A DNA stretch of 63,914 nucleotides, filler included, from Lenisia limosa (lineage: Eukaryota; Protista; Breviatea): assembly GCA_001655205.1 (NCBI GenBank). It is 12 parts of 12 records of this genome, joined end to end, with 100 filler letters (N's around TTAATTAATTAA, not from the genome) between each part and the next. Parts side by side here need not be neighbours in the genome. Positions count along the whole stretch, not along the records: positions 14,597 to 28,699 come from LPNZ01004778.1; 11 more parts are not named here. One strand, given 5' to 3'. Under the pieces are notes generated by a model, which was not told the origin of the DNA, searched no databases, and saw only the letters and a list, made by a program, of their open reading frames with translations. A program made the translations under genes and the position numbers. Positions 14,742-26,408 of this stretch are shown here, piece by piece (the first letter of the stretch is position 1; the number at the start of each line of letters is the position of its first letter).

Positions 14742-16472
14742 ACCAGTAGCAGGCATGCGGACGTTCAGTCACCTCAATCGAGCAGTCGGCGTATGGGGCT
14801 TGACCGGGATTGACACTGTCCTCGCCTTCACCATTGTCAAGGAGCTGAGGGCCCTTTATAAGTGGGTACTGAAGTCATGCACTATATTTTCAGTCTGGCA
14901 TTCACAAGCCGAAAAATATCGTCAACAATCATATGAAATATTACAGTGACCGGGATAAGTCTTGAACAATTTTCATTAGAAAATCACATAGCAAATCGGT
15001 CGAGACTTATCCGGTCACTGTATTTTGTGGGAAATTGTTTTGCATTGCAGCATTTATGATTTTGCGAATTGCACTACCCCTCCAGATTATCCTTGTCTCT
15101 CTNNNNNNNNNNNNNNNNNNNNNNNNNNNNNNNNNNNNNNNNNNNNNNNNNNNNNNNNNNNNNNNNNNNNNNNNNNNNNNNNNNNNNNNNNNNNNNNNNN
15201 NNNNNNNNNNNNNNNNNNNNNNNNNNNNNNNNNNNNNNNNNNNNNNNNNNNNNNNNNNNNNNNNNNNNNNNNNNNNNNNNNNNNNNNNNNNNNNNNNNNN
15301 NNNNNNNNNNNNNNNNNNNNNNNNNNNNNNNNNAGGTTGACTCCATGACTGCACTCGTGTCGAAACTCAGCAAAATCATCCCTTCCATCGTGGAGATCAT
15401 TGCCAAGGTGAGACCCGGGGGGCTAAGGGATGGAAAAGATCAAATATCAACAGAGACTCTGCAGTGAATGGATAAAACCTAAACACCAGTATTTGAAAAA
15501 AATATCCAGAATTGCTGTGTTAATAGATCCTTCCTTAGATCGAACAATGACATAAACTCCCCTTTTTCTTGAATGTTAACTTATCCTTCCAATAGATCGG
15601 GCAGTGCCAGTTGCTCAGAGACGCTGTCGCAACCGAACTTCATTTCTCGGCGAAGTTGGACTCCACTCTCCTCCTGAAAAACATTGAAATCTGCAATGAC
15701 GCGGTGATCACCGACATCAGAGTGGGCAGTTGTTATTCCCGCTATTGCTATTTTGCATCTATTGTTCAAAAGAATAGTGCTTTTAATTTCTTATTTCTAC
15801 ACTTCACATGAGTTCACGCATTCAGGAACACTACCGCCAACCTGCTACGATGCCGTACCCGGGTACCTCTGACCTTCTCCCCTCCCTCGCGAAGTTCACG
15901 GAGCTTGTCGGCTTGGNNNNNNNNNNNNNNNNNNNNNNNNNNNNNNNNNNNNNNNNNNNNNNNNNNNNNNNNNNNNNNNNNNNNNNNNNNNNNNNNNNNN
16001 NNNNNNNNNNNNNNNNNNNNNNNNNNNNNNNNNNNNNNNNNNNNNNNNNNNNTGTTGTTATGAATGTATACAATATATCCAATGCAAATATCATATGTTT
16101 CATGATACAATCCTCCTATGGAGGTATTCTGAATTCCACTGATCCCATTTTTGACCCACCCCCCTCAGTCAAGACCGATGCAAAAGATCTACGCTACGTC
16201 CGAGTCAACCCCCATGTTCGGATCCATCATTTGCGCTGCTGTAGGGGAATTGATATGTAACGTGTTATTATTATTATTATTATTTATTTATTTATTATCA
16301 AAAACAAACTATTGTCTGTCACTAACCTCGCATCACATGCCCACACACTCTCTCAGACATTGCCACGCAACGGCCACCATTTACCCCACCCCCGCAGGTC
16401 GTGTCATCTGCTTCGAAGTTGACTTACAGCCCTGAAGTCTCGACTCTCATGGGCTCAAGAAAAGGCAAGGTT
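14742..16472 (+). CDS. WASHC5: WASH complex subunit strumpellin, internal/C-terminal exons (partial)
   Basis: FSHLNRAVGVWGLTGIDTVLAFTIVKEL; KIIPSIVEIIAK|IGQCQLLRDAVATELHFSAKLDS; IQEHYRQPATMPYP; QKIYATSESTP; SKLTYSPEV. These follow, in order, the strumpellin region [54 protein letters not shown] (from recall). Confidence 0.85.
14944..15020. mobile_element. Tc1/mariner-like MITE (family D), 77 bp
   Basis: TA-CAGTGACCGGGATAAGTCTTGA...TCGAGACTTATCCGGTCACTG-TA: near-perfect ~21-bp TIR with TA flanks. Related pieces lie at about 57198-57412, 62270-62346, 62865-62910, 63761-63846 and 17980-18020. Confidence 0.8.
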
Positions 16473-16672
16473 GGAGAGGGGGATATAGTTCGAACAAAAC
16501 TCACAACTATGTATTAGATTCAAATAGAACAATTATTAGTTTTCACCGTCCTTCACTTTTTTGACCTCCCACCCCACCCAACAAGTTATTTTATTATTAT
16601 TCGGTTCGTGATTAGTACCTTTACGCCAATATTCTTCATAGAAATTTCCTTTGTTTTACTCCCCCCTCTCAC

Positions 16673-19600
16673 TCTGTCCTTCTGAGACTCGTGTTTGAAG
16701 ATGGCGTCGATTTTGTTTTCGAGCCTGGCCTTGGACATGGGGAAGAAGATGTCTGTTTCATGAATGGCATACTCGACCCATGAGCCTCTGTACAGCCAGA
16801 CGTTGTGGTTCTACAGAGTTAAGGTAACAATGGGGTTTCGAGAATAATAAAACAATCACCTTTCCGAAGTTTTCTTCAGGCCTCACTTCGGTTCGGAAAA
16901 AACCGGGAAAATAGCGATAGTTTTCGAGGGTTTATCGAAAAATTTAGTGATTTTTCGAACCGAAGTGAAGCGAGAGTAATAAAACCATCATCCCATTTCC
17001 ACAGTTTTCTTCCGGCCTCCCACCTTGACAATCTTCTTAGCTCTCTTGATGGCCTGAGCCTCCGGGTCTGCTGGTTGTTCTGACGTCACGTAGTTGGTAA
17101 GTCCCTCCTGGGGAGGGTAAAATTGAAAAATTTATGAACAAAAAAGTTCAAAATCAACTCTGTTGGCAGACAACCCACAAGGGTTGAGAATAACAAAACA
17201 AACAAAGCCCAGACCAGTCGCTTCTGGGGGGGGGGGGGNNNNNNNNNNNNNNNNNNNNNNNNNNNNNNNNNNNNNNNNNNNNNNNNNNNNNNNNNGCAGG
17301 ATATACCCAACAAAACAGAGAGCAGTTGATTGTGTTTAGTGGAAAATCGTTTGCATAAAGTAACCCAATAAAATTTAGTATTTTCTTACCTTGATAGCAT
17401 AGTAGCACATTCTGTGAGTTCCATGAGGATCACTCAGATCACCTGCATGTTTAGTGATCCATGATTATGTTGGTAATGGTTAAACTAAGTGGTTCCTGCA
17501 CCTCACCCCTTACCAGCAACAAAGGTGATTTCCTGCACCTCACCCCTTACCAGCAACAAAGGTGATTTCCTGCACCTCACCCCTTACCACAAACGTGATT
17601 TCCTGCACCTCACCCCTTACCAGCAACAAAGGTGATTTCAGGCTGAATATCCCTTAAGAGTGAAAGACGTGAATTTAAGAAAGAGCAAGAATTGGCAGAT
17701 ATCAAGAGAAACTCACAGTAACCCCCCCCCCCCACTNNNNNNNNNNNNNNNNNNNNNNNNNNNNNNNNNNNNNNNNNNNNNNNNNNNNNNNNNNNNNNNN
17801 NNNNNNNNNNNNNNNNNNNNNNNNNNNNNNNNNCGGATTTGGCCACAGTGCCGGTTTTGTAGAACGGAAGGTCCAGGTAGTGACACTGGTTCGAAGGCAC
17901 TCCAAGAACTCTGGATGGTTAGACTGCAAATCATCATTAACTTGCTAATATATGGGACCCTGCTTTGTATACAGTCTTGAACGATTTGATATGATTTCCC
18001 AGGAAAATATCCCAGTCACTGAATATTATACTAGGTAACTATTGTCTCACCTGACTCCGGCAATGGCTTCTGAAAAACGGATCTGTGCCTAAAATATTAG
18101 TAAATGGGAGAACAATGGAGTGGACGGGAAGCACTTGGAATGCAAGGGAAGTGATTGGAGTGCAAGGGAAGTACTTCTCTTGTGTTGGCTGACCCTCAGG
18201 TTCTCAAGTCCAAGTGTGAGAAGGTTGGTAGTGGTGAAATGCAAGACATGAATTTGAGAATTTGAGGTTATTTGCATGTAGTTCCACGACATCACATCCC
18301 TACTTGAAGAAAACAACATCTCCTCCTACGCTCAAAGCGAATTTGGCGCACTTTGATTGCTTTGATTGTTTTGTGTATCTGTGTTTGTGTGTGGATTCTT
18401 GAAGTTTATTTTGGAGTAATCAGAGCAGATGTAGTCGGATGCCGCACTCCTTCACCTTGAAGAACTTCTACTTCTTGATTTACGTTTGAGGGTAATTTTG
18501 CACTACTGTTTTGTGATGACGTGCAGCGAAGCTTGAATCTTGTGTTGTATATTATTGATTTAGTTTAGTCTTTGTTCAACCTGAAGAAATGGTTACTATA
18601 GAATATTTGCAAGCCCACTCCTACTTATTATCCCAGTTTTGTCCCCTGGAATTGGCGTCACTCCCATTTTGGAAGATGAGGTTCCAATGTCAGAGTTAGA
18701 CAAAGTACGCATCGTCAAGGAGATTACTGGATTGAGAGATGACTTGGAGAGGTACCAAAAGCTGTCGCAATCAGGTCTGACATAATAGCGATGTTTAATA
18801 ATGTTCAAACGCATTATGCCATTTAATACTTCAGTTGTGATCAGAAAGGGGTCCTACCAAGTTTCTATCAATGGACAAGGTTGACGAATGGTCTGGTATG
18901 CGTTTGGACAACTTACTCTGTGTACCAATATAGCGTGAATATGAATATATAATTTTTATATTCACGCTCTAAAAATGTATGATAAACACATATCATAGTA
19001 AATGATATACTTTTTGACATTCCCAGCCCGTTGACGAAGTGCAAGTTTTTCTCGTAGTTCCAGTTATTATTGAGCTATGAGGAAAGCCTCATCTTGTAGT
19101 GTGATGTACAAGGCATCAATGCATCACATGGTGTACACCACAAAGGACTGTGATAAAGAGGAAGTATTGCGAATCTGGATTCACGTGATGACGAGAATCT
19201 ACTTTATCTGCGCTATTTAGGTTTGCCGTCACTTAATAGAGGACTTCCTAACCATCTTTAGATGGACTGACGAAGAAATCATTGTTGTGAGGACCATGCT
19301 GGTTGGGAAAAATACGCCGACGTACTATGAAATGCTGCGGAGGGAACACCCTGGTTTGTCAACAAAATGCTGTTCTTCCATGATAACAGTTTAGGCTTGC
19401 CAACTGTGGCAACAATTATTCAACTGGAGGAGCTTATCTTGCTGAATCGCCTTGGATCCAATCCATTTAAGAGTTGTTTTTCTTTCACCGCGCTTTAACC
19501 GAGGTTTGTTTAGTTGGAGTTGTAGTCTAGGTTGAGTTGGAAAAGTGCTGTTGACTACACAAAAAAGAAGTTATGTAATATAAATATAACATAACAAACT

Positions 19601-22600
19601 GAGTTTCAAGAACAAAAAGAAAAAAATATATACTGTGAGCTGGTACTTGGACCAATCATAAAAAAGGTCAATTTGGAGGCTTGTTAAACAGAGCCAAAAA
19701 GAGACATGAAACAAGGCAACCACCGTACCTTGAGATGTTGTACGTCATCATTATCCACTTGGCCTGGCAGCTTGGCGTCCAAGAACGACGTGATGGACTC
19801 GACCTTCTCCTGAGCTGGGTAAAACATTTCCACATGAGAAAGCATGACAAAAATAGGTGAATCCGTGGCAGGCCTGCATATGGACTTAGAGAAAAATAGG
19901 CCAAGTACTGTTAAGTCGAACCCCTCCGTACCAGAGTTTCACTGTTCTTGCTGCCCATAACCTCGGAGGAGAGCTTAATGAAACTGAAAAGTAAACAATA
20001 AATGTTAACTATAGCCCCCCCCCCCCCNNNNNNNNNNNNNNNNNNNNNNNNNNNNNNNNNNNNNNNNNNNNNNNNNNNNNNNNNNNNNNNNNNNNNNNNN
20101 NTACCCACTCGAGTGCTACATAATACCCACTCGAGTGCTACATAATACCCACTCCCCTACTCAAGATGGCGTTAGGGCCTTCACTTAGGTTCGAAAAAAC
20201 CTGGGAATATATCGATAGTCTTCGAGGATTTATCGATAAATTCAGTCTTTTTTCGAACCGAAGTGAAGCCCTTGATGGCGTCTTATATATACCCCACTCG
20301 AGATGGCGTCTGACATCGGCGTCAAAGACGGCTACACTGCCATTGGTGCAGTAAGCCACATGGACTTCACATCCGCTTTCATACAGCGCCTGGATCATGC
20401 CACCCTATAGGAGCAGGACATAAGTCTTTCTGATGCCAAACGCAAAAAGAAATTAACCACAAGTATTCGGTCAACTCACAAGCAAATCCCCATACCATGC
20501 AGATCACATCATCATCCGGATGGGGGGAAAACACCAGAACCTTAAACATTGAAAATACAACCACACATTCATAATGGTTCATATTTGATTAATATACCAC
20601 ATGATGGTTCATATTTGATTACGCGAATATACCACATGCGAACTTTTTTCTTTTTCGGCAGGTCACGTGCACATTGGATTTTCCCCATAATCTCGCGGAA
20701 CACCCACTGGCACAAATTCTCGGCACCTGCGGAGGGGGGGGGGGGNNNNNNNNNNNNNNNNNNNNNNNNNNNNNNNNNNNNNNNNNNNNNNNNNNNNNNN
20801 NNNNNNNNNNNCAAAAAGAGCAAACGAGTTCAGCGAACCCAGAGGGGATCAATTTCAACAGATAAATAACTACCAAATATATCCACCTGGAATCCAAACA
20901 CAAAACACTCGGTAACTATCCCCAAAGAACAATCCGTTGGAACCCTTCGCACTTTCCTGGGCGTAGACGAGGCTTTGCAGGCAGTTTTCATTGAAATCGT
21001 CATCGTCCAAGGAAAGAATAGCCTTGTTCAACTTCTGTGACAGCCAAATTACAGCACTGAAAGCAGTAAAACTTGTTTCGAAAACGTGCTTGAAAAAGCA
21101 ATACTGAGGAAAACGCAAGTTACTTTGTTCAACTTTAATGAATACCGATATTGTAACTGGGGCTCCGCAAATAACTGAAAAATAATTGCTAAATGTGAAT
21201 TATAAACTCAATTTCAGACCTTAATTTCAGATTTTGTCGACTAATTTTATCAAAAATTAATTGAACGGAGCCCTAATTTCAACCCACCGCAAGTTACTGT
21301 GTTCAACTTCAATAAATTCCAATATTTTAACCTACCGCATTGCGAGATCCTTGGGCCACTTCTGGACGTCAGCAACTACCCAGGGGTTCCGTTCGAGAGC
21401 AAGGTTCTCGGCCGCCGCCGCGTCTAAATAGAAACATCTGCCAAATTAGGCTTTGAGAGTGGGAACTGGTGGAAAATGCTACCTATACTTGGCGTAATAA
21501 AAGCGGTTACAGGGTTTAGCTTTTGGTGAAAACCGACTTCAATCAACACAAACCTGTTGGGATGGGCCTGAATGTAGGAGGCTGGACACTCGTGGGTGAT
21601 GGGGTTCTGAAAGGTAAGGTCAGACAACACACCAATCGCATCTGAAAGATGTCCATATGATACTATGTGCATTGGTATCAAGTTCACTCAAACATTTGAT
21701 ACAGCTTCACCATGGTGCTCAAAATAATGCGGTCTCAAAACTTTGTTTCAACATCAAGCTTCACCCCCCCCCCCACACACNNNNNNNNNNNNNNNNNNNN
21801 NNNNNNNNNNNNNNNNNNNNNNNNNNNNNNNNNNNNNNNNNNNNNNNNNNNNNNNNNNNNNNNNNNNNNNNNNNNNNNNNNNNNNNNNNNNNNNNNNNNN
21901 NTCGAGAATCGTAGCCACTCCCATTGTAATGGCCTGGCGGGGTACATTTTCCGCTCCGAAGAAGTCTCTACAAAAGGTAAATGAAGCAAGTCAATTTAAT
22001 ATCTTGGTGATACAATGTATAAATTAGGAATAAAAAAAAGGAAGAATCTCGCTGAAGCCGTTCACAATATACGATCGTATCGCTAATATTACTCATCAAA
22101 GGCTTAAGAAAGACAATTTAAACACTAGTTGAAGATAATTTCATTGAGCCCCCTCCCCACGCGGCCGCATCTCTCCTAGTCTTAACATCCAGAACAACAC
22201 AGCGGGTGCGTGTTTTGTTACTAGAGCCTACAATCGTCAACTGGAAAGATGCCCCAAAAACAAATAAAAGAGAAGTCAAAAAGAGATTAATGCCCCCCCC
22301 CCTCCCCTCCCCTCCCTACCAGGCTCATTGAAGGCGATATGCCCCGATCGGCCAATGCCCAAAAGGACCAAATCAAGTCCACCATCCTGGATTGGATTGT
22401 TAACACGGCGGCGGACAACCTCTGTTCTTATTATCCAAAAGAGAAAATCCCACCTTGGCAATGCTGCGCTCGTAGTCAAGGCAGTAGTCATCAATCTGAT
22501 ACATCAATATTGTGGTGTTGATACATGCTAAGGGCTTCACTTTGGTTCAAAAAAAGTCTGAATTTCTCATAAATCCTCGAAAATGATCAATATTTACCGG

Positions 22601-23692
22601 TATTTTTCGAACCGAAGTGAAGCCCTATACTATATTTACCTCAGAACATTCTCTATGTCTAAGCATTGAGATCTTTCACAAACTAAACACATACTAATTC
22701 AAGAATTGACACATTTGAACAGGACTTAAAAGCTACTCCAATAAACTTCCAATACCCACTTTTGATGAGTCTAAGGTACCATCAGGGATATGGATCTGGT
22801 GGGCTGGGATGTTGATGTGGCTGAACAGATTCTCGTGCATGTAGCGATGGTATGATTGGAGGCTTGACGGCTGGTGAGAGGTAAGCTGAGAAATTGCGAC
22901 AAATGACACATATTATATAAAATTACAAGTGAGCTAAGAAGAAATATGAAGTATACTATATATCATATATGACTATATGTAGAAATGAGAGAAATAAACA
23001 AAAAAATGGGGTATCAGCCAACCGCCCAATCATAATACAGTAAAATTAATTCACCCAATCATTTACCAGAGATGAATCCCCCCAACGTTCATTGGATAAT
23101 ACTCATCCAACTGGTATGTGATGACGTTGGTGAAGTCCACAAGGCCAGCCTACACCAAATTACACTGAGCTCTTATTTTGCAAGAATACAGTAAACTCTT
23201 GGGTAACAAACCTTGTAAGCCTTGACCAGCTCCTGGTACACTCCAACCGGGGTGGATCCTGAGGCCAGGCCAAGGACCTGAAGAGTGAAAACAATAAATC
23301 ATTTGGAAGGAAGGCGGTGTTTTTCTGAACACAAATAAAGCATTTGCAACGTCATATGACCTTTACTACAATGACACACGGCTTACCGCGAATTTGCCCA
23401 GTGCTCTCTTGGCGTTGATAAGTCCAATAACCTTCAAAGCCACAATTTCGGCGACTTCATGCGGATGAGGCCGAATTACAACAGGGATCTATTGTGACAG
23501 GAGGTGAGAGGCAAATATGGTGAAGAGCAAAAAATAAAAATTATCTTCGAAAATATCACAATTATTAATATATGCTATTAAAAACAAGCAAAAGGCGGTT
23601 AGAAAGTCACTGGGGCATACTCTTTCTTGATGTTCAAGATTCTTTGTCATACGACATTGCGGATAATCCATCCCTCCAAATATTTGTGCCAT
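16673..23692 (-). CDS. nagB: Glucosamine-6-phosphate deaminase fused to a C-terminal PIG-L/LmbE-like deacetylase domain (long NagB form); last exon(s) not seen
   Basis: VLGLASGSTPVGVYQEL; SYHRYMHENLFSHINIP; GGLDLVLLGIGRSGHIAFNEPG; PITHECPASYIQAHPN; KVLVFSPHPDDDVICM; YCTNGSVAVFD; HYLDLPFYKTG; AGDLSDPHGTHRMC; VWLYRGSWVEY; AIFKHESQKDR. Confidence 0.9.
16879..16972. mobile_element. MITE family A copy
   Basis: TIR-like ends GGCCTCACTTCGGTTCGGAAAA...TTTTCGAACCGAAGTGAAGC with the family core TTTTCGAGGGTTTATCGA; intronic. Confidence 0.75.
17493..17639. repeat. 37-bp minisatellite (4 units, one 33 bp) spanning an exon/donor junction
   Basis: Unit TCCTGCACCTCACCCCTTACCAGCAACAAAGGTGATT. Confidence 0.9.
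20175..20271. mobile_element. MITE family A copy
   Basis: TA-GGGCCTTCACTTAGGTTCGAAAAAA...TTTTTTCGAACCGAAGTGAAGCCC; intron of nagB. Confidence 0.85.
22532..22625. mobile_element. MITE family A copy
   Basis: GGGCTTCACTTTGGTTCAAAAAAA...TTTTTCGAACCGAAGTGAAGCCC-TA. Confidence 0.85.
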
Positions 23693-24060
23693 AGTGACGC
23701 AAAAAAAGAGCTGGTCCTGAAAAAAAGGCAACCAAATCAGGCGCATACACTAGTTGTATTAGTTACATTCACCGAAAAAATAGAATTACGATATTAGAAT
23801 TCGGTGAATCTTTTTAGCGACAATTTTTGAGAGGGCGCCCTTTTTTGACAGGCTAAACAGCTATTACTCACCCAAGTTGTCATATTTTCCTTCTACTGTT
23901 ATCCAGTCTGAGCTTTTGTGTATTGTCAGTAATTACCTAGCTTCCCTCTTGCCTTCCTTGTCAGTCAGGACAGTAGATATCCATCCAATTGTAGTTGTAT
24001 AGGGTCTTTTGTCGCGTTACCCCTCCTTACCCCCCCTAATAAGTCCCTTTCTTTTTAATA

Positions 24061-26340
24061 ATGGAAGGTCAGCTTCTCGGTTGGGCTGCTAAGCACTCTG
24101 ATCCCGCTAAGGTTTGAGAAAATGAACTAAATTAATGTTTCGCAAAAAGTATATTTGTCTTTAGTTTTTTCTTCAAATCGCATGCGGAGGGGGGGGGGGG
24201 GCTTCNNNNNNNNNNNNNNNNNNNNNNNNNNNNNNNNNNNNNNNNNNNNNNNNNNNNNNNTCGAGACTGTTACTATATTCTCACACCTAGGTTGAAGAGC
24301 TAAAGAAGAACCCTCCCAAGATTGACCCGAAATGGCTGAAGGCTATTATGGCCACTGAGGCTGACCATGTCAAGGAGTGCATGGAAGTTTGGAATGTGGG
24401 TCTTGGATGTGGACATCATCGTGGCATGATGTTCAGAGATAATTAATAATCTTCTTATTATTTTGATCAAAGTACATGCAATTATCTGTGTAATACATAT
24501 GCCATAGCCTGACATAACTGATATGGTTTAGAACCCTGATGCCGGCCGGGCAGCCCATGAGCTGGCGTTGGTAGACCTGGAGGGCCTCGTACAGAACCTG
24601 GATACTGCAAATGGTAGGACTGTTCTTTTCATGGAGTATGAACTTCTTTGTTGCTGTCTCGATTCTATGATATTGTCATATTGTATCCCGGTACTGCCCG
24701 CAGATTCTATTTACCCCTTAGACCTGCACACCCTGGGCGGATTTGTTCCGATGTTAGAAACCATAAAGAGCGACGATGAGGAGTTCGCAGTGCTGGCGGC
24801 AGATATCAGTGAGTGGTGAGGTTGACGCTCCCTGTACCCTCCAGGGGCTCCGAGCAAACTCAAGGGGATATTTTGGGAGGTTCAGAGTGAGGTTGACGGT
24901 CCAAGGACTGTTTCTCTAATAATCCTTGGTAACTTTGATGTTACCAGTCTTTTTTGAACCAGAACCAAAATACTCTTTTGAATGGAGGTTTTTCTCGGCT
25001 GCACAAAACTACATCAACTACATGCTACAAGTATATGATATGTGTATGTACATATCGTAAAGAGTACATAGGTTTCTCTGATCCGAAAAAGGTGGTTACA
25101 TTTTATGATATGAAGATCTGAGCTGCCACTTTCTTGAAGTTGTCAGGCTTGACTCACTATTGTAGTTGCGACGTGTTGCCAAAACAACCCCCCTTGCCAA
25201 GTAGGTTCTTCAAATATAATGTTTTTTCATCTGTACCAAAAATAGGATAGCTTTGTACTACTTTCTAAATTTCTCATTTCAGCTAATACATCATGTTATA
25301 TTCGCCTATGTGGCTCAAATACAATGAATGCCCCCTTCAATTTTGTGACCCTTTAGGAACAGTTTTTGCAACTGGGTGGCATGCCAAGTCTTCTGCATCT
25401 TTTGAAGTCAGTGGAAAAAGCCCAAGTAGGCTTTGGTGGTCCTCATCTCAATAAGATATTTGTTGGAGAAAGATGAAAAAAGCTGGATCCCAAGATGAGC
25501 TCTATCTTATCTGATTTCTACTTTTACAAGATACACTTTGACACATTTCACCCCCCCCCCCCNNNNNNNNNNNNNNNNNNNNNNNNNNNNNNNNNNNNNN
25601 NNNNNNNNNNNNNNNNNNNNNNNNNNNNNNCACTCCCCAGCCATTTGTGAGGAGTTCACCAAGCAGGAGGGATGGGCAACTCTCATGACGGCTATTCAGT
25701 CAAAATCAGCTAGTATGCTAGTTAAAGTAAATAATGAATAAATATCTGGGGTGGGGGTGGGGGGTAGTTCGTGAAAGAATGAGCGTTACAGGAGCAAATA
25801 CTGAAATTAGCTACTCTTATTACCTTGGTTGTTGAAACTGACACTCCAGAGAGACAGACGAAGCGGAAAGCCATTTTCCTCCTCACCCTTCTGGTTGGAC
25901 CGGAGGAGGCTGGCGGACTCAGTGTCGAGGGCCTTCAGCACGTGGTTGATGTTCTTTCAAAAGAGGATGGCAAGGCTCTCATTGAAACACTCACTTCGCT
26001 TCTCAGCGAAGCTGATGACGACCTCATCGAAAAAGTCGGTGGATGGCCACTCTTATTTCATTTATATTTCTGGGAAATTTTCACAAAGAAACATAGTGTT
26101 TCACTTTTTAGAGTCTCCGTTTTGTGATAACAGCTACTGGCGTGGCGGGGCTGAAACCTTTCGTCAAGTCGCTAGACTTTTCTGCGTGTACCTCTCACAT
26201 CAACACTCATGTATGGGGGTGAGGCATCTTTGGGTGTTTGTTGCTTTCCTCATATTTCACTTATCTAGGGGGAAAGAGACGCAGAGTACACTGCAGAGCT
26301 GGAAAGTATTTTGAAGGTAACCATGGATGCTATTGCATAG
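24061..26340 (+). CDS. FES1: Hsp70 nucleotide exchange factor Fes1/HspBP1 (ARM repeats)
   Basis: MEGQLLGWAAKHSDPAK|..IDPKWLKAIMATEADHVKECMEV; DLEGLVQNLDTAN|DLHTLGGFVPML..; KRKAIFLL; in-frame TAG at 26338-26340. Confidence 0.8.
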
Positions 26341-26408
26341 CTTTTTTGAATGGACTGATTTCAATGGTTACAAGGAGTATTGCCAAAACCACAACGAATG
26401 ATGAAATG

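Noticed and set aside
17493-17639. Regular direct repeats and palindromic MITEs suggesting a CRISPR array or REP elements
   Set aside because: The units are contiguous with no unique spacers, there are no cas genes, and the context is spliceosomal-intron eukaryotic DNA.
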